Positions 1-13,714 of a DNA stretch of 64,000 bases are shown here, one piece after another. The DNA lies in assembly GCA_015711825.1 (NCBI GenBank), contig JACVJD010000002.1, forward strand, positions 5,752 to 69,751. Reading direction: 5' to 3'. Each line of letters starts with the position of its first letter. Position 1 is the stretch's first letter. A program made the translations under genes and the position numbers. The notes beneath the pieces are model-generated. The model ran no database searches. It saw only the letters and a program-made list of their open reading frames with translations, and was not told the DNA's origin. Source of the DNA: Candidatus Solincola daggyaiensis. Lineage in GTDB: Bacteria > Actinomycetota > Geothermincolia > Geothermincolales > RBG-13-55-18.

Positions 1-501
1 GGCTTCCGGCGCTTTTTCCCGGCTCCCTGCCCCGGCAGGCCCGGAAGGGAAAGACCTTGCGCAGGGTCTCCATGGTCTCGCGCACCGCCCCGGCGTGGGC
101 GAAGGGGCCGTAATAGAGGTTTTCGGGTCGCCGCTTGCCGCGAACGAAGATGACGCGCGGAAAGGTGTCCCCCATGCATATAGCCATGTAGGGGTAGGAT
201 TTGTCGTCGCGGAACTCGATGTTGTAGTCGGGGTGGTGCCTCTTGATGAGGTTGGCCTCCAGGATGAGGGCCTCCACCTCGTTGGCGGTTACGATGAAAT
301 CTATTCCCGCCGCGCGGGAGCGCAGCATCTCCAGGCGGGGGTTATCGCGCTCTCCGCACTGGAAATAGGAGGCGACGCGTTTACGCAAAGACGCCGCCTT
401 GCCCACGTAGATCACTTTTCCGCGCCCGTCGATAAAGAGGTAGACGCCCGGGGCGTCCGGGAGCGCGGCCGCCGCCTTCCTCAACTCGTCAGCCATCTCC
501 A

Positions 502-505
<4 letters not shown>
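1..505 (-). CDS. uvrC: Excinuclease ABC subunit C, N-terminal part (GIY-YIG domain); truncated by window edge
   Basis: Minus-strand translation from ATG at 505..503 reads [48 protein letters not shown]..., the GIY-YIG motif of UvrC. Start ATG overlaps uvrA stop (ATGA). Confidence 0.8.
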
Positions 506-5349
<4,844 letters not shown>

Positions 5350-5360
<11 letters not shown>

Positions 5361-6081
5361 CTCGCGCCAGCAGTTCCGGAATCTCCCTCAGGTCTCGCAC
5401 GCGACGGCCGTCGAATTCCGGGAACCTTCCCCAGCGGTCCAGGAGAACCGCTCGCATGCCCGCCTCACACGGTCCCCGGTAATCGGAGAGAGGTGAATCT
5501 CCGACGTGCAGCGCGCGTTGCGGGGGGATGCCTGCCCTCCGCAACGCCAGGGCATAGATCTCGGGATGAGGCTTCTCGTACCCTTCACATCCCGAGATCA
5601 CCACCACCTCGAAATGGCTACTCATGTTCAGGGCGTCCAGGAGATCCAGCAACCAGGCCTCGAAGTTGGAGATTATCCCCAGACGGTAGCCGTCTTCCTT
5701 CAAACGGTATATGGTCTCCTGAACGTCATGGTAGGCGACGTAATTGGCGGGATCGGAAAAGGTGCGGTAAAGGGCTGCAGGAAGCTCGCCGTCGGCCTCT
5801 TTTCCACCCACTTCTTCCACCAGGCGCCCATAGAAGCGGATCCAAAAATGCCGCGATTCCTCGGGGTCGTCGGTAAATGTATAGCCTTTTCTCTGGCGTT
5901 CCTCCACCCCCGCCATGAGGCGTCGCGTCGCCGTCGGCAACAGCGACAGGTCCACCTCAATCCCGTGGTCCGCGCATACCTGTGTAAAGAGCTGTGGGAA
6001 GGAGGGCCGAGGGTGAACGAGGGTTTCCCCCGCGTCGAAAAAGATCATCTCTGTCCCGGGTCTTGTCTGCGGGTTTGTCAT
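5350..6081 (-). CDS. HAD-superfamily hydrolase
   Basis: 243 aa, N-terminal [11 protein letters not shown] (DxG/D HAD motif I) and later GDSPLSD motif; stop overlaps uvrB start by 11 nt. Confidence 0.7.
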
Positions 6082-6097
6082 GGGCGCTTACCGTCCT

Positions 6098-6145
6098 CTA
6101 TCATTAATCCAATAAGGGCTCGCGCGAGCCCTAAGACAATGATAG
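6098..6145. promoter_or_regulatory. 48-nt inverted repeat with perfect 16-nt palindromic core GGGCTCGCGCGAGCCC; candidate operator in uvr-operon upstream region
   Basis: CTATCATT...GGGCTCGCGCGAGCCC...AATGATAG read directly; lies 17-64 nt upstream of HAD/uvrBAC start codon. Confidence 0.3.
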
Positions 6146-6459
6146 CACGTCGGGATAAACGGAGGTTGATAAAGATAGCGCGCAACAACTGCCGCTCGCT
6201 GCGGGGATGCCCGGCCAGCCAGTATCTCTCCTGCGAGGCCTATCGTAAAGGCCTTGAGTGCTGGCAGATAAACGAGCCGCGATGTTCGCGGGAACTCCGC
6301 TTCTGCATGCAATACGGGTGCCCTGTTTACGATCGCTTTAAAGAGGAGATAGAGGAAGCCCTCAGGGAGAGAGCTCTCGAGCGTCGCTGATGAGGCTCGG
6401 CGCCACGCGATCCGCGAGAAGCCCACACCTAGCCCCCGCGACGCGGAGCCTCCGAGATG

Positions 6460-7089
6460 TTAGATATGGGACCCTCTTTTTTCTCGCGCCTTCAGGGTGA
6501 TGACCTCCCAGGCACGGTCAACCTCGCGACGAAGTCCGTCGAGCCCTCCCTCGTTGCGTATGACGAAATCGGCGCAAGACAACCGCTCCTCCCTTGATAC
6601 CTGGGAACGGATACGCGACCAGGCCTCCTCGACCGAGCTGCCGCGATCGGAGACCAACCTCTGTGCCTGCAGCTCCGGGGGGGCGTCCACCACCAGGGTA
6701 AAATCGAACATATCGCCCGCTTTGACCTCCACAAGCAGGGGAATATCCAGTACCGCTACTCCCCCTCCTCCTTCTCTCTCCTCCCAGGCGCGCAAGCGCT
6801 CGAACATGAGCTGAAAGATACGCGGATGGGTCACGCGGTTGAGAAAAGCCCTTTCCTCCGCATTGGAAAAAACGATCCGCGCCAGTTCGGCGCGGTTTAT
6901 CTCGCCTTCTTCGTCGAGCACCGAGGGGCCGAAGTGTTCCACGATCTCCCGCCAGGCCGGCTCCCCCTTCCTGACCACCTCCCGCGCCAGGGCGTCGCTC
7001 TCGATAACGAAGGCGCCTTTTTCCTCCAGCATCCTGCACACCGTGCTCTTTCCGCTGGCAATGCCGCCGGTCAAGGCAACCAGGAACAA
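6460..7089 (-). CDS. coaE: Dephospho-CoA kinase
   Basis: MFLVALTGGIASGKSTV P-loop and overall CoaE architecture. Confidence 0.9.
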   Translation of the reverse strand: MFLVALTGGIASGKSTVCRMLEEKGAFVIESDALAREVVRKGEPAWREIVEHFGPSVLDEEGEINRAELARIVFSNAEERAFLNRVTHPRIFQLMFERLRAWEEREGGGGVAVLDIPLLVEVKAGDMFDFTLVVDAPPELQAQRLVSDRGSSVEEAWSRIRSQVSREERLSCADFVIRNEGGLDGLRREVDRAWEVITLKAREKRGSHI

Positions 7090-7341
7090 GCGCTCACCCT
7101 CCCTTTTTTGCTTTCACCCGCGTTTCGGTTGCTTCATCTCTGCGCCACGATGATCATTCTATTATTGGTATTATCGGCCGTTCTTGAAAGAGACCATTGC
7201 GAGGTATAAGCCGCCTTCGTGTGATTACGCGCGGGCGGTTTCAGATATGCACGTGGTTGCCTTTTCAGGGCTTCCACGCCATGGTCTGTGGTGGGTACCG
7301 GACGCTTCAGATCTCCCCTGCCCTCTGGAGGGTCGTACGGC

Positions 7342-8973
7342 TCAGTTATGCCTGCGCTTCATGTCTCTGATGATGGACTCGAGGCTTCCCTCCGGCGGCT
7401 CTTCCTCCTCTTCCTCGGCGCCTTCCGAGACCGCCTGGGCCTCTTCTTCCAGCGCCTCAGCCTCCTCGGGCTGTGGAGAGAATTCCATCTCTTCCGTTTC
7501 GATCGCCGCCTGCTCCGCCGCTTCTTGAGGAAGCTCAGCCGCCGTATCCGCTTCCTCCTGCGCAGGGGCGGCCTCTTTTATCTCTTCCTCCGGCGCCGCG
7601 ACTTGTGAAGAGTCATCCTCCTCCGCCAGCGGGGCATCCGCGCCGGCTTCCTCCACCGCCATCGAAGACGACCGCTCCGGGACCGACTCCGCTTCCGCGA
7701 TCTCCTGCGGAACCGGCGAGCTTTCCGCTTCGTACGGCTCGCTGACGGCCTCGACCTCGACGGCTTGTTCGTCCCTCGCGGACGACGCCTCCTCGTAACC
7801 CTCCGCTTCCGGCTCCTCCTCGTAATCTATCTCCACCGCACCGGGGACCTGCTTAAGGCTGAGGCTTATACGACGGCGGTCGATATCTATGTCGATCACC
7901 TTCACATCGATATCCTGGTTGACCGCCAGCACTTCCTCGGGTTGCTCCACGTGCCGGCGCGAAAGCTCCGAGATATGGATCAACCCCTCGATGCCCGGCC
8001 TTACCTGGACGAATGCCCCGAAGGGGACGAGTTTGGTGACCGTGCCCCGTATGATCTCGCCGATTCTCACATCCTGTGAAAGCTGCTCCCAGGGGTCGCT
8101 CTGACAGGCCTTTAGGCTAAGGGATATGCGCTCGCGTTCACGATCGACATCGAGGATCTCCACCTCCACCTCGTCGCCTACCGATAGCACTTCACTGGGC
8201 TTCTCCACGTGACACCATGAAAGCTCGGAGATATGCACCAGGCCGTCAATGCCGCCGAGATTGACGAAGGCGCCGAAGGACACCAGGCTCGATACCTTTC
8301 CGCTTACCCTCATACCCTTGTCCAGGTTGTCGAGGAGAATCTTCCTTCGCTCGCTCGCGGTCTCCTCGATAAACGCCCTTCTCGAGAGCACCACGTTGTT
8401 GCGGTTGCGGTCCATCTCGATGATCTTGCAGGTAAGCTGCGTGCCCAGGAAGGAATGCAGGTCCTTAACGCGGTGGATGTCGATCAGGGAGGCGGGAAGG
8501 AAGCCGCGCAGGCCTATATCCAGGATCAATCCTCCCTTGACCACCTCGATAACCTCGCCCTCCACGGGATCGTTTTCCATCATCTTCTTTTCCAGGAGTT
8601 CCCATGAGCGCTCGTACTGTGCCCGTTTTTTGGAAAGAATCAGGCGCCCTTCCTTGTCCTCCTTCTGAAGCACCAAGGCGTCGATCTCGTCACCCACTTT
8701 GACCACTTCCTCCGCCTTGACTCCGTAGCGGATGGACAGCTCGCGGGCCGGGATCACCCCCTCCGATTTGTAGCCGATGTCCAGCAGCACCTCGTCCTTG
8801 TCCACCTTCACCACCGTGCCGGCGATGATATCGCCTTCCGAGAAGATCTTGATGGTCTTGTCGTAATTCGGGGCTTCGCTATCGGTGTAGTCGAAGTTGG
8901 TCAGCGGGGTGGACAGTTCCGGGGTCTCAGGGGGGTTAACAAGGTCTCGTTCTCTTTCCGATTGATCCAGCAT
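7342..8973 (-). CDS. rpsA: 30S ribosomal protein S1 with ~170-aa acidic C-terminal tail
   Basis: DKTIKIFSEGDIIAGTVVKVDKDEVLLDIGYKSEGVIPARELS and four S1 repeats. Start chosen at in-frame ATG 8973, preceded by GGAGGAAGAG (ORF extends to 9036). Confidence 0.9.
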   Translation of the reverse strand: MLDQSERERDLVNPPETPELSTPLTNFDYTDSEAPNYDKTIKIFSEGDIIAGTVVKVDKDEVLLDIGYKSEGVIPARELSIRYGVKAEEVVKVGDEIDALVLQKEDKEGRLILSKKRAQYERSWELLEKKMMENDPVEGEVIEVVKGGLILDIGLRGFLPASLIDIHRVKDLHSFLGTQLTCKIIEMDRNRNNVVLSRRAFIEETASERRKILLDNLDKGMRVSGKVSSLVSFGAFVNLGGIDGLVHISELSWCHVEKPSEVLSVGDEVEVEILDVDRERERISLSLKACQSDPWEQLSQDVRIGEIIRGTVTKLVPFGAFVQVRPGIEGLIHISELSRRHVEQPEEVLAVNQDIDVKVIDIDIDRRRISLSLKQVPGAVEIDYEEEPEAEGYEEASSARDEQAVEVEAVSEPYEAESSPVPQEIAEAESVPERSSSMAVEEAGADAPLAEEDDSSQVAAPEEEIKEAAPAQEEADTAAELPQEAAEQAAIETEEMEFSPQPEEAEALEEEAQAVSEGAEEEEEEPPEGSLESIIRDMKRRHN

Positions 8974-9149
8974 ACTTTCTCTTCCTCCAAGATATTTTTT
9001 TATCCACGGCCCCTCCTCGTGTAGGTCAAGGCACACGGACAGCTTATTTTAGCATTATTTCCGCTTTTTTGCACAAGCATCCGCCGATAGGATCACCGAC
9101 GCCGGACATACTGACGTTTTTCCGCTGCGGCGTGTCGCGCCGCAGGAGT

Positions 9150-11855
9150 TCACTTCGCGTCATACCATGATGCTCCACGGCTAATGTCCACTTTAAGGGG
9201 GACGGAGAGTTCGTAGGCGCTTTCCATCTCATGACGAGCCAGCTCCGCCATCAACTCTTCCTCGCCTTCCTCTACATCGAAAACCAGCTCGTCATGAACT
9301 TGAAGCACCATGCGAGAGCTGCACCCCTCTTCCTGCATGCGCCGATGCACGCGCAGCATGGCCAGCTTTATGATGTCCGCGGCGCTTCCCTGAATGGGGG
9401 TATTGAACGCCAACCGTTCGCCCAGCCTGCGCAGTCGCACGTTGCCCTGGGCCAGCTCGGGTATCTCCCTCTGCCTCCCGAGGATGGTGGTCACATATCC
9501 CCTTGAGGTAGCCAGCTCCACCTGGCGGTCAAGAAAGGCTCGTACTCCAGGAAACTCCCTGAAATAGCGCCGGATGTATTCCTCCGCCTCCTCCTGCTCG
9601 ACCCCCAGTTGCTCCGCGAGGCCATAGGCGCTTATGCCGTAGATTATCCCGAAGTTGATGGCCTTGGCCCTTCGCCGCAGCTCGCCGCCGACCTGGTCGA
9701 AGGGGACCCCGAACACCTCTGAGGCGGTGGAGGCGTGGATATCGCGGTCCTCCTCGAAGGCTCGTATGAGTCCCGGGTCCTCTGAGAGGTGGGCCATCAC
9801 GCGCAACTCTATCTGGGAGTAGTCGGCGGAGAGAATGCATCCTCCGGGCGCAGTGGGCACGAAGGCCTTGCGGATGGACTTTCCAAGCTCGGTGCGAACG
9901 GGTATGTTCTGGAGGTTGGGGTTGCTGGAGGAGAGGCGACCCGTCGAGGTGACGGTTTGGTTGAAGCAGGCGTGCAGCCTGCCGGTACGAGGGTCCACCA
10001 GGCGCGGCAAGGCGGTTATATAGGTGTTCAGCAACTTGGAGAGCTCGCGATGACGAAGGATCACCCCGGCAATAGGGTGTTCGGCCTCCAGGGACTGCAA
10101 CACCGCCACATCGGTTGCATATCCGGTCTTGGTACGACGGCGCGGCGGCAGGCCGAGCACCTCGAAGAGAATGCGGGCGAGTTGCTGGGGTGAATTGAGG
10201 TTGAACTCCTCGCCGGCGAGCTCATAGGCACGCTTTTCAAGCTCCGCAAGCTCCCGGTTTAGATCCGCTTCCATGGCGACCAGGATAGCGGGGTCGAGGC
10301 GCACGCCGCATATCTCCATCTCCGCGAGCACCGCCTCCAGGGGCATCTCCAGTTCGCGGTACAGCTCCCCCAGGCCGTGGTGGGAGAGCTCCGCCTCCAG
10401 GATCGGCACCAGGTCCCTCACCGACTGCGCGAGCGCTGCCGCTTCCTTCGCTCCACCCCCCTCTCCCAAGAGCTCCATCTGGGCTTGGGGTGCCGGTTTT
10501 CTTGTCGAGTCCAGATGACGTTGCGAGATGCTCTCCATGTCATGCCTGGACCCGGAGGGGTCAAGAAGGTAGGACGCAAGCTCCACATCGAAATCCGCTT
10601 CAATGCGGCGGCCGCATAGGCGCTCGCATTGCACCATGAAATCCTTCCCGCGATATGTGTTTACCCTGAGGCCTCTATGGTCGGAGACCCATTCAAGGAA
10701 GGAACGCAGTAGTTCTCTCCCCTTTTCGCCGCTTAAATCGAGGTGGAAAAGGCCTTCCCCGACCGCGGCGGCCAACCCCTCCATTCCACCCCTGGTAAAA
10801 CCCTCTCCCTTGAGAGCCGGGTAGATGGATACCTCTCCCTTCTCACGGCAACGGCGTATCATCTCCTGCAGCCCGACCTCGTTCACCACCTCCACTATCT
10901 TGGAGCCGGCGTCGCTTGGCGCGGAATGGTCGAGAGCGATAACCTCCTCCGCGGGGAAAAGCCCATGCCGCAACCTGGAAAGGCGTTCGAAATGCTTTTT
11001 GAACTCCAGAGAGGAAAGGATCCTGAACAACTCGCTCTCGTCCCAGGGCTTCAACGCACAACACTCCGGGTCTTCCACGGGGATGGGGACATCCCGACGG
11101 GAGGTTGCGAGCTCGCGGCTCATGAAGGCGCTTTCGCGGTGTTCCTCAAGGGCGCGCTTTACCTTAGGTGGCGTTATATCCTCCAGGTGTTCGTAAACAC
11201 CCTCCAGGCTGCCGTATCTGGATATCAAGGCGGATGCGGTCTTCTCCCCGATCCCCGGTACCCCGGGGATGTTGTCGGAGGCGTCGCCCTTTAAGGCGAG
11301 GTAATCCGGTATCTGGCGTGGCTCGACGCCGTATCTCTGCTTTACCTCGGAAGGGTCGTAGACCATGATATCGGTTATGCCCTTGCGATTGGCGATGATA
11401 CGCACTCGCTCATCCACCAGCTGCAAGGCATCGCGATCTCCGGTCACGATAAAAATCTCTTCCTGCCCCGGGAGGGCGGTGGCCAGGGTTGCCAGCAGGT
11501 CGTCTGCCTCGTAACCCTCGACCTCCAGGACGATTATCCCGAGGGCCTCCAGCACGGCATGGATCACCCCCATCTGTTCCCTGAGATCGTCGGGCATGGG
11601 TTTGCGATGCGCTTTGTACTCCGCGTAACGCTCGGTGCGGAATTCAGGCCTTCCCTTGTCGAATGCCACTACCATGGCGCCCGGCTTGAGCTCCTCTAGG
11701 ACCTTGATGAGCATGGAGAGGAACCCGAACACCGCGTTTGTCGGCTGTCCCGAGGATGTGGCCATCTCCGCGGGCAGGGCGTAAAAAGCCCGGTATGCCA
11801 GACTATGTCCGTCTATGAGCACCCACCGTCTTTTCTCGCGCAAGTCCTCTAACAT
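9150..11855 (-). CDS. polA: DNA polymerase I
   Basis: 5'-3' exonuclease N-terminus (LIDGHSLAYRAFYAL), 3'-5' exo-like middle and Pol A family palm (QVHDELVFD). ORF extends to 11981; ATG at 11855 (MLEDLREKRR) fits the conserved N-terminus. Confidence 0.9.
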   Translation of the reverse strand: MLEDLREKRRWVLIDGHSLAYRAFYALPAEMATSSGQPTNAVFGFLSMLIKVLEELKPGAMVVAFDKGRPEFRTERYAEYKAHRKPMPDDLREQMGVIHAVLEALGIIVLEVEGYEADDLLATLATALPGQEEIFIVTGDRDALQLVDERVRIIANRKGITDIMVYDPSEVKQRYGVEPRQIPDYLALKGDASDNIPGVPGIGEKTASALISRYGSLEGVYEHLEDITPPKVKRALEEHRESAFMSRELATSRRDVPIPVEDPECCALKPWDESELFRILSSLEFKKHFERLSRLRHGLFPAEEVIALDHSAPSDAGSKIVEVVNEVGLQEMIRRCREKGEVSIYPALKGEGFTRGGMEGLAAAVGEGLFHLDLSGEKGRELLRSFLEWVSDHRGLRVNTYRGKDFMVQCERLCGRRIEADFDVELASYLLDPSGSRHDMESISQRHLDSTRKPAPQAQMELLGEGGGAKEAAALAQSVRDLVPILEAELSHHGLGELYRELEMPLEAVLAEMEICGVRLDPAILVAMEADLNRELAELEKRAYELAGEEFNLNSPQQLARILFEVLGLPPRRRTKTGYATDVAVLQSLEAEHPIAGVILRHRELSKLLNTYITALPRLVDPRTGRLHACFNQTVTSTGRLSSSNPNLQNIPVRTELGKSIRKAFVPTAPGGCILSADYSQIELRVMAHLSEDPGLIRAFEEDRDIHASTASEVFGVPFDQVGGELRRRAKAINFGIIYGISAYGLAEQLGVEQEEAEEYIRRYFREFPGVRAFLDRQVELATSRGYVTTILGRQREIPELAQGNVRLRRLGERLAFNTPIQGSAADIIKLAMLRVHRRMQEEGCSSRMVLQVHDELVFDVEEGEEELMAELARHEMESAYELSVPLKVDISRGASWYDAK

Positions 11856-12010
11856 GATGCCCTCACCACGCAAAGCCTTAGCCAGTCCACCGGCGCTTGA
11901 GAGGTTCGGGGACGGGACTAAACCGCCCCGCCCCCTCACCCAAGGAGAACGTGATTTGATATTAAACCCTGACGGTGACAAAATGCCCCCCTCGCAACTG
12001 GGCGCGTTAA

Positions 12011-12256
12011 TCCTATGGTTGCCCGGCGCAGTTGCTTAACGACTCACGGCGCGCCGCTATACGCAACATGGTCAGGGCGGGTGTCCCGGAACGCGTGGCC
12101 ATGCAAATATCCGGACACCGAACTCGGGCGGTATTCGACCGCTGCAACATCGTCACCGATCGCGACCTTCAGGAGGCCGCCGAGATGATCGCCGCCTTTC
12201 AAGCGAGCGCCTTTGGGCACAATTTTGGGCACAGTGGAGGTTCGGGTGCTAAATAA
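12011..12256 (+). pseudogene. Tyrosine recombinase (phage-type integrase) C-terminal fragment only
   Basis: Open frame from 12011; translation ...[46 protein letters not shown] matches integrase box II / catalytic C-terminus (GH.TRSVFDRYNIV...). Catalytic Tyr position is Cys; N-terminal ~300 aa missing; ends 36 nt from tRNA-Leu 3' end. Confidence 0.6.
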
Positions 12257-12291
12257 AGCTGGGGTCCTTCTTATAATACCCCAGCTAGATG

Positions 12292-12378
12292 ATGGTGCCG
12301 GAGGCCGGACTCGAACCGGCACGGGGTTGCCCCCACTGGTTTTTGAGACCAGCGCGTCTACCTGTTCCGCCACTCCGG
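12292..12378 (-). tRNA. tRNA-Leu (anticodon CAA), type II with long variable arm, CCA encoded
   Basis: RC reads GCCGGAG-TG-GCGG AACAGGTAGA CGC-G-CTGGT CTCAAAA ACCAG-TGGGGGCAACCCCGT-GCCGG TTCGAGT CCGGC-CTCCGGC-ACCA; all stems pair, T-loop GTTCGAGTC. Confidence 0.9.
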
Positions 12379-12617
12379 CTTATCCGACCGCTATTTTAGC
12401 ACCCGTGGACGGAAGGTTGAACGATTAAATACTTACGGTTTCCACGGCCGGCGCTCTTGGTCCCTGACGCCGTCTTCCTCCACTGCCCATGAGGTTTACC
12501 GTATGGCCTTCCATGTCTCCATGGCGTCCTTGCCTGAAACAAGGAGCTTTTACGTCGGCGGCCACGCCAATTCCCGGTATGAAACGACGGCTTTCGCGGC
12601 ATCGGCTCGCAGCTCTC

Positions 12618-12836
12618 TCAATCCCTTCCGAGCTCGCCGCGCAACAGTTCCCTGAGCTTCGCCTCCCATTCCTCGACCATCGACGAGGTCTCGTGGATGA
12701 GAGGATGAAAATGGCCATAGGTGGCGGCGGAAACACGCAGGCGCCGGAAAGCCTCAAGTATCTCTTCTACCCTTTCCTCCCATTCCCTTCCCGCCTCAGC
12801 GGCCATGTCTGAATAATAACTCTCGCTCCAGCCCAT
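12618..12836 (-). CDS. Hypothetical small acidic helical protein (72 aa)
   Basis: ORF MGWSESYYSDMAAEAGREWEERVEEILEAFRRLRV...; no clear SD, moderate GC3; low confidence. Confidence 0.25.
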   Translation of the reverse strand: MGWSESYYSDMAAEAGREWEERVEEILEAFRRLRVSAATYGHFHPLIHETSSMVEEWEAKLRELLRGELGRD

Positions 12837-12956
12837 TATTCATGTACCTGTGCCTTTCCTCTACCGATCAGGGGCGAAGTCGGCTGCGGGGAGAACGACA
12901 AGCCGCATGCGCCATGCTGAAGCGGGAGACCGCGTTATGTCCAAGAGGCTTCGACC

Positions 12957-13592
12957 TCAGGGGATGATGTCCGTGCCCCTTGCGGTCACGTACCAGCGCC
13001 CGCCCCGGTTTTCCAGAGATACGGTGAGGTTGTCTCCGGGAGAGACCTCCACCGACGATCCTGTTCCCGACTCGATGATTCCCCCTTCAAGATAGCAGCG
13101 TGCGTTGTAGACGTCGAGCTTGTCTGAGCGCACGCTTACCCCCTTGTAACGACCCGCGGCCCCCATATACAAGGATACGTTACTGTACATTTCCGCTGCC
13201 GCCTCCCTGTCCTGGGGCGAAAAAAGCGCCGTGAAAGCCTCCGCGTCCCTGTCGTTGGCCGCTTGCAGCAATCGCTCGCAGACCTCGCCGGGTGAGGGGT
13301 TTGCCCATACCGTCAGGCTAAGTGCCAGCCAGGCCACCGCGGCCGCCATCGCCACGCCGTAAATAAGCATCTTCCAGCGGAATCTGCGCACCTTTTTTTC
13401 CACCGCCGCGCTCAGGGTTGGCCGCAACACCTCCGCATCGCCGCGCCATTCGCCGGGCGCAACGTATCGATCCCCGCCTCCCCGGGAAGGACTAGAAACG
13501 GAGGTCGCCGTTCCCTCCCTCAGCCTTTCTGCGCACAAGGAACAGAACTCGGCTCCATCCGGATTGTCCGCTCCGCACTTCGGACACCTCAT
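12957..13592 (-). CDS. Zinc-ribbon membrane protein (N-terminal CPxCG...CSLC zinc ribbon, one TM, extracytoplasmic DUF4878/NTF2-like domain)
   Basis: MRCPKCGADNPDGAEFCSLC..., TM MLIYGVAMAAAVAWLALSLTVWA, C-terminal globular domain. Confidence 0.7.
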   Translation of the reverse strand: MRCPKCGADNPDGAEFCSLCAERLREGTATSVSSPSRGGGDRYVAPGEWRGDAEVLRPTLSAAVEKKVRRFRWKMLIYGVAMAAAVAWLALSLTVWANPSPGEVCERLLQAANDRDAEAFTALFSPQDREAAAEMYSNVSLYMGAAGRYKGVSVRSDKLDVYNARCYLEGGIIESGTGSSVEVSPGDNLTVSLENRGGRWYVTARGTDIIP

Positions 13593-13714
13593 GACTCATC
13601 CACTCCCCTCTCGTCAAGGTTCAGACCCCAAGCCGCAAATCCGCCGAAGCGGCGCCGGAAGCGCCATGAACGGCGTATTCGCCGTCCGATCATGGGATGA
13701 AGAGGTCGACCACC

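Noticed and set aside
6088-6426. 112-aa minus-strand ORF between HAD and coaE
   Set aside because: The sequence (MGFSRIAWRRASSATLESSLPEGFLY...) is not protein-like. It overlaps the palindromic element and competes with the Cys-rich plus-strand candidate; neither is called as a feature.
12044-12373. 109-aa minus-strand ORF overlapping tRNA-Leu and the integrase fragment
   Set aside because: It overlaps a well-folded tRNA gene and the opposite-strand integrase remnant and has no protein-like features.
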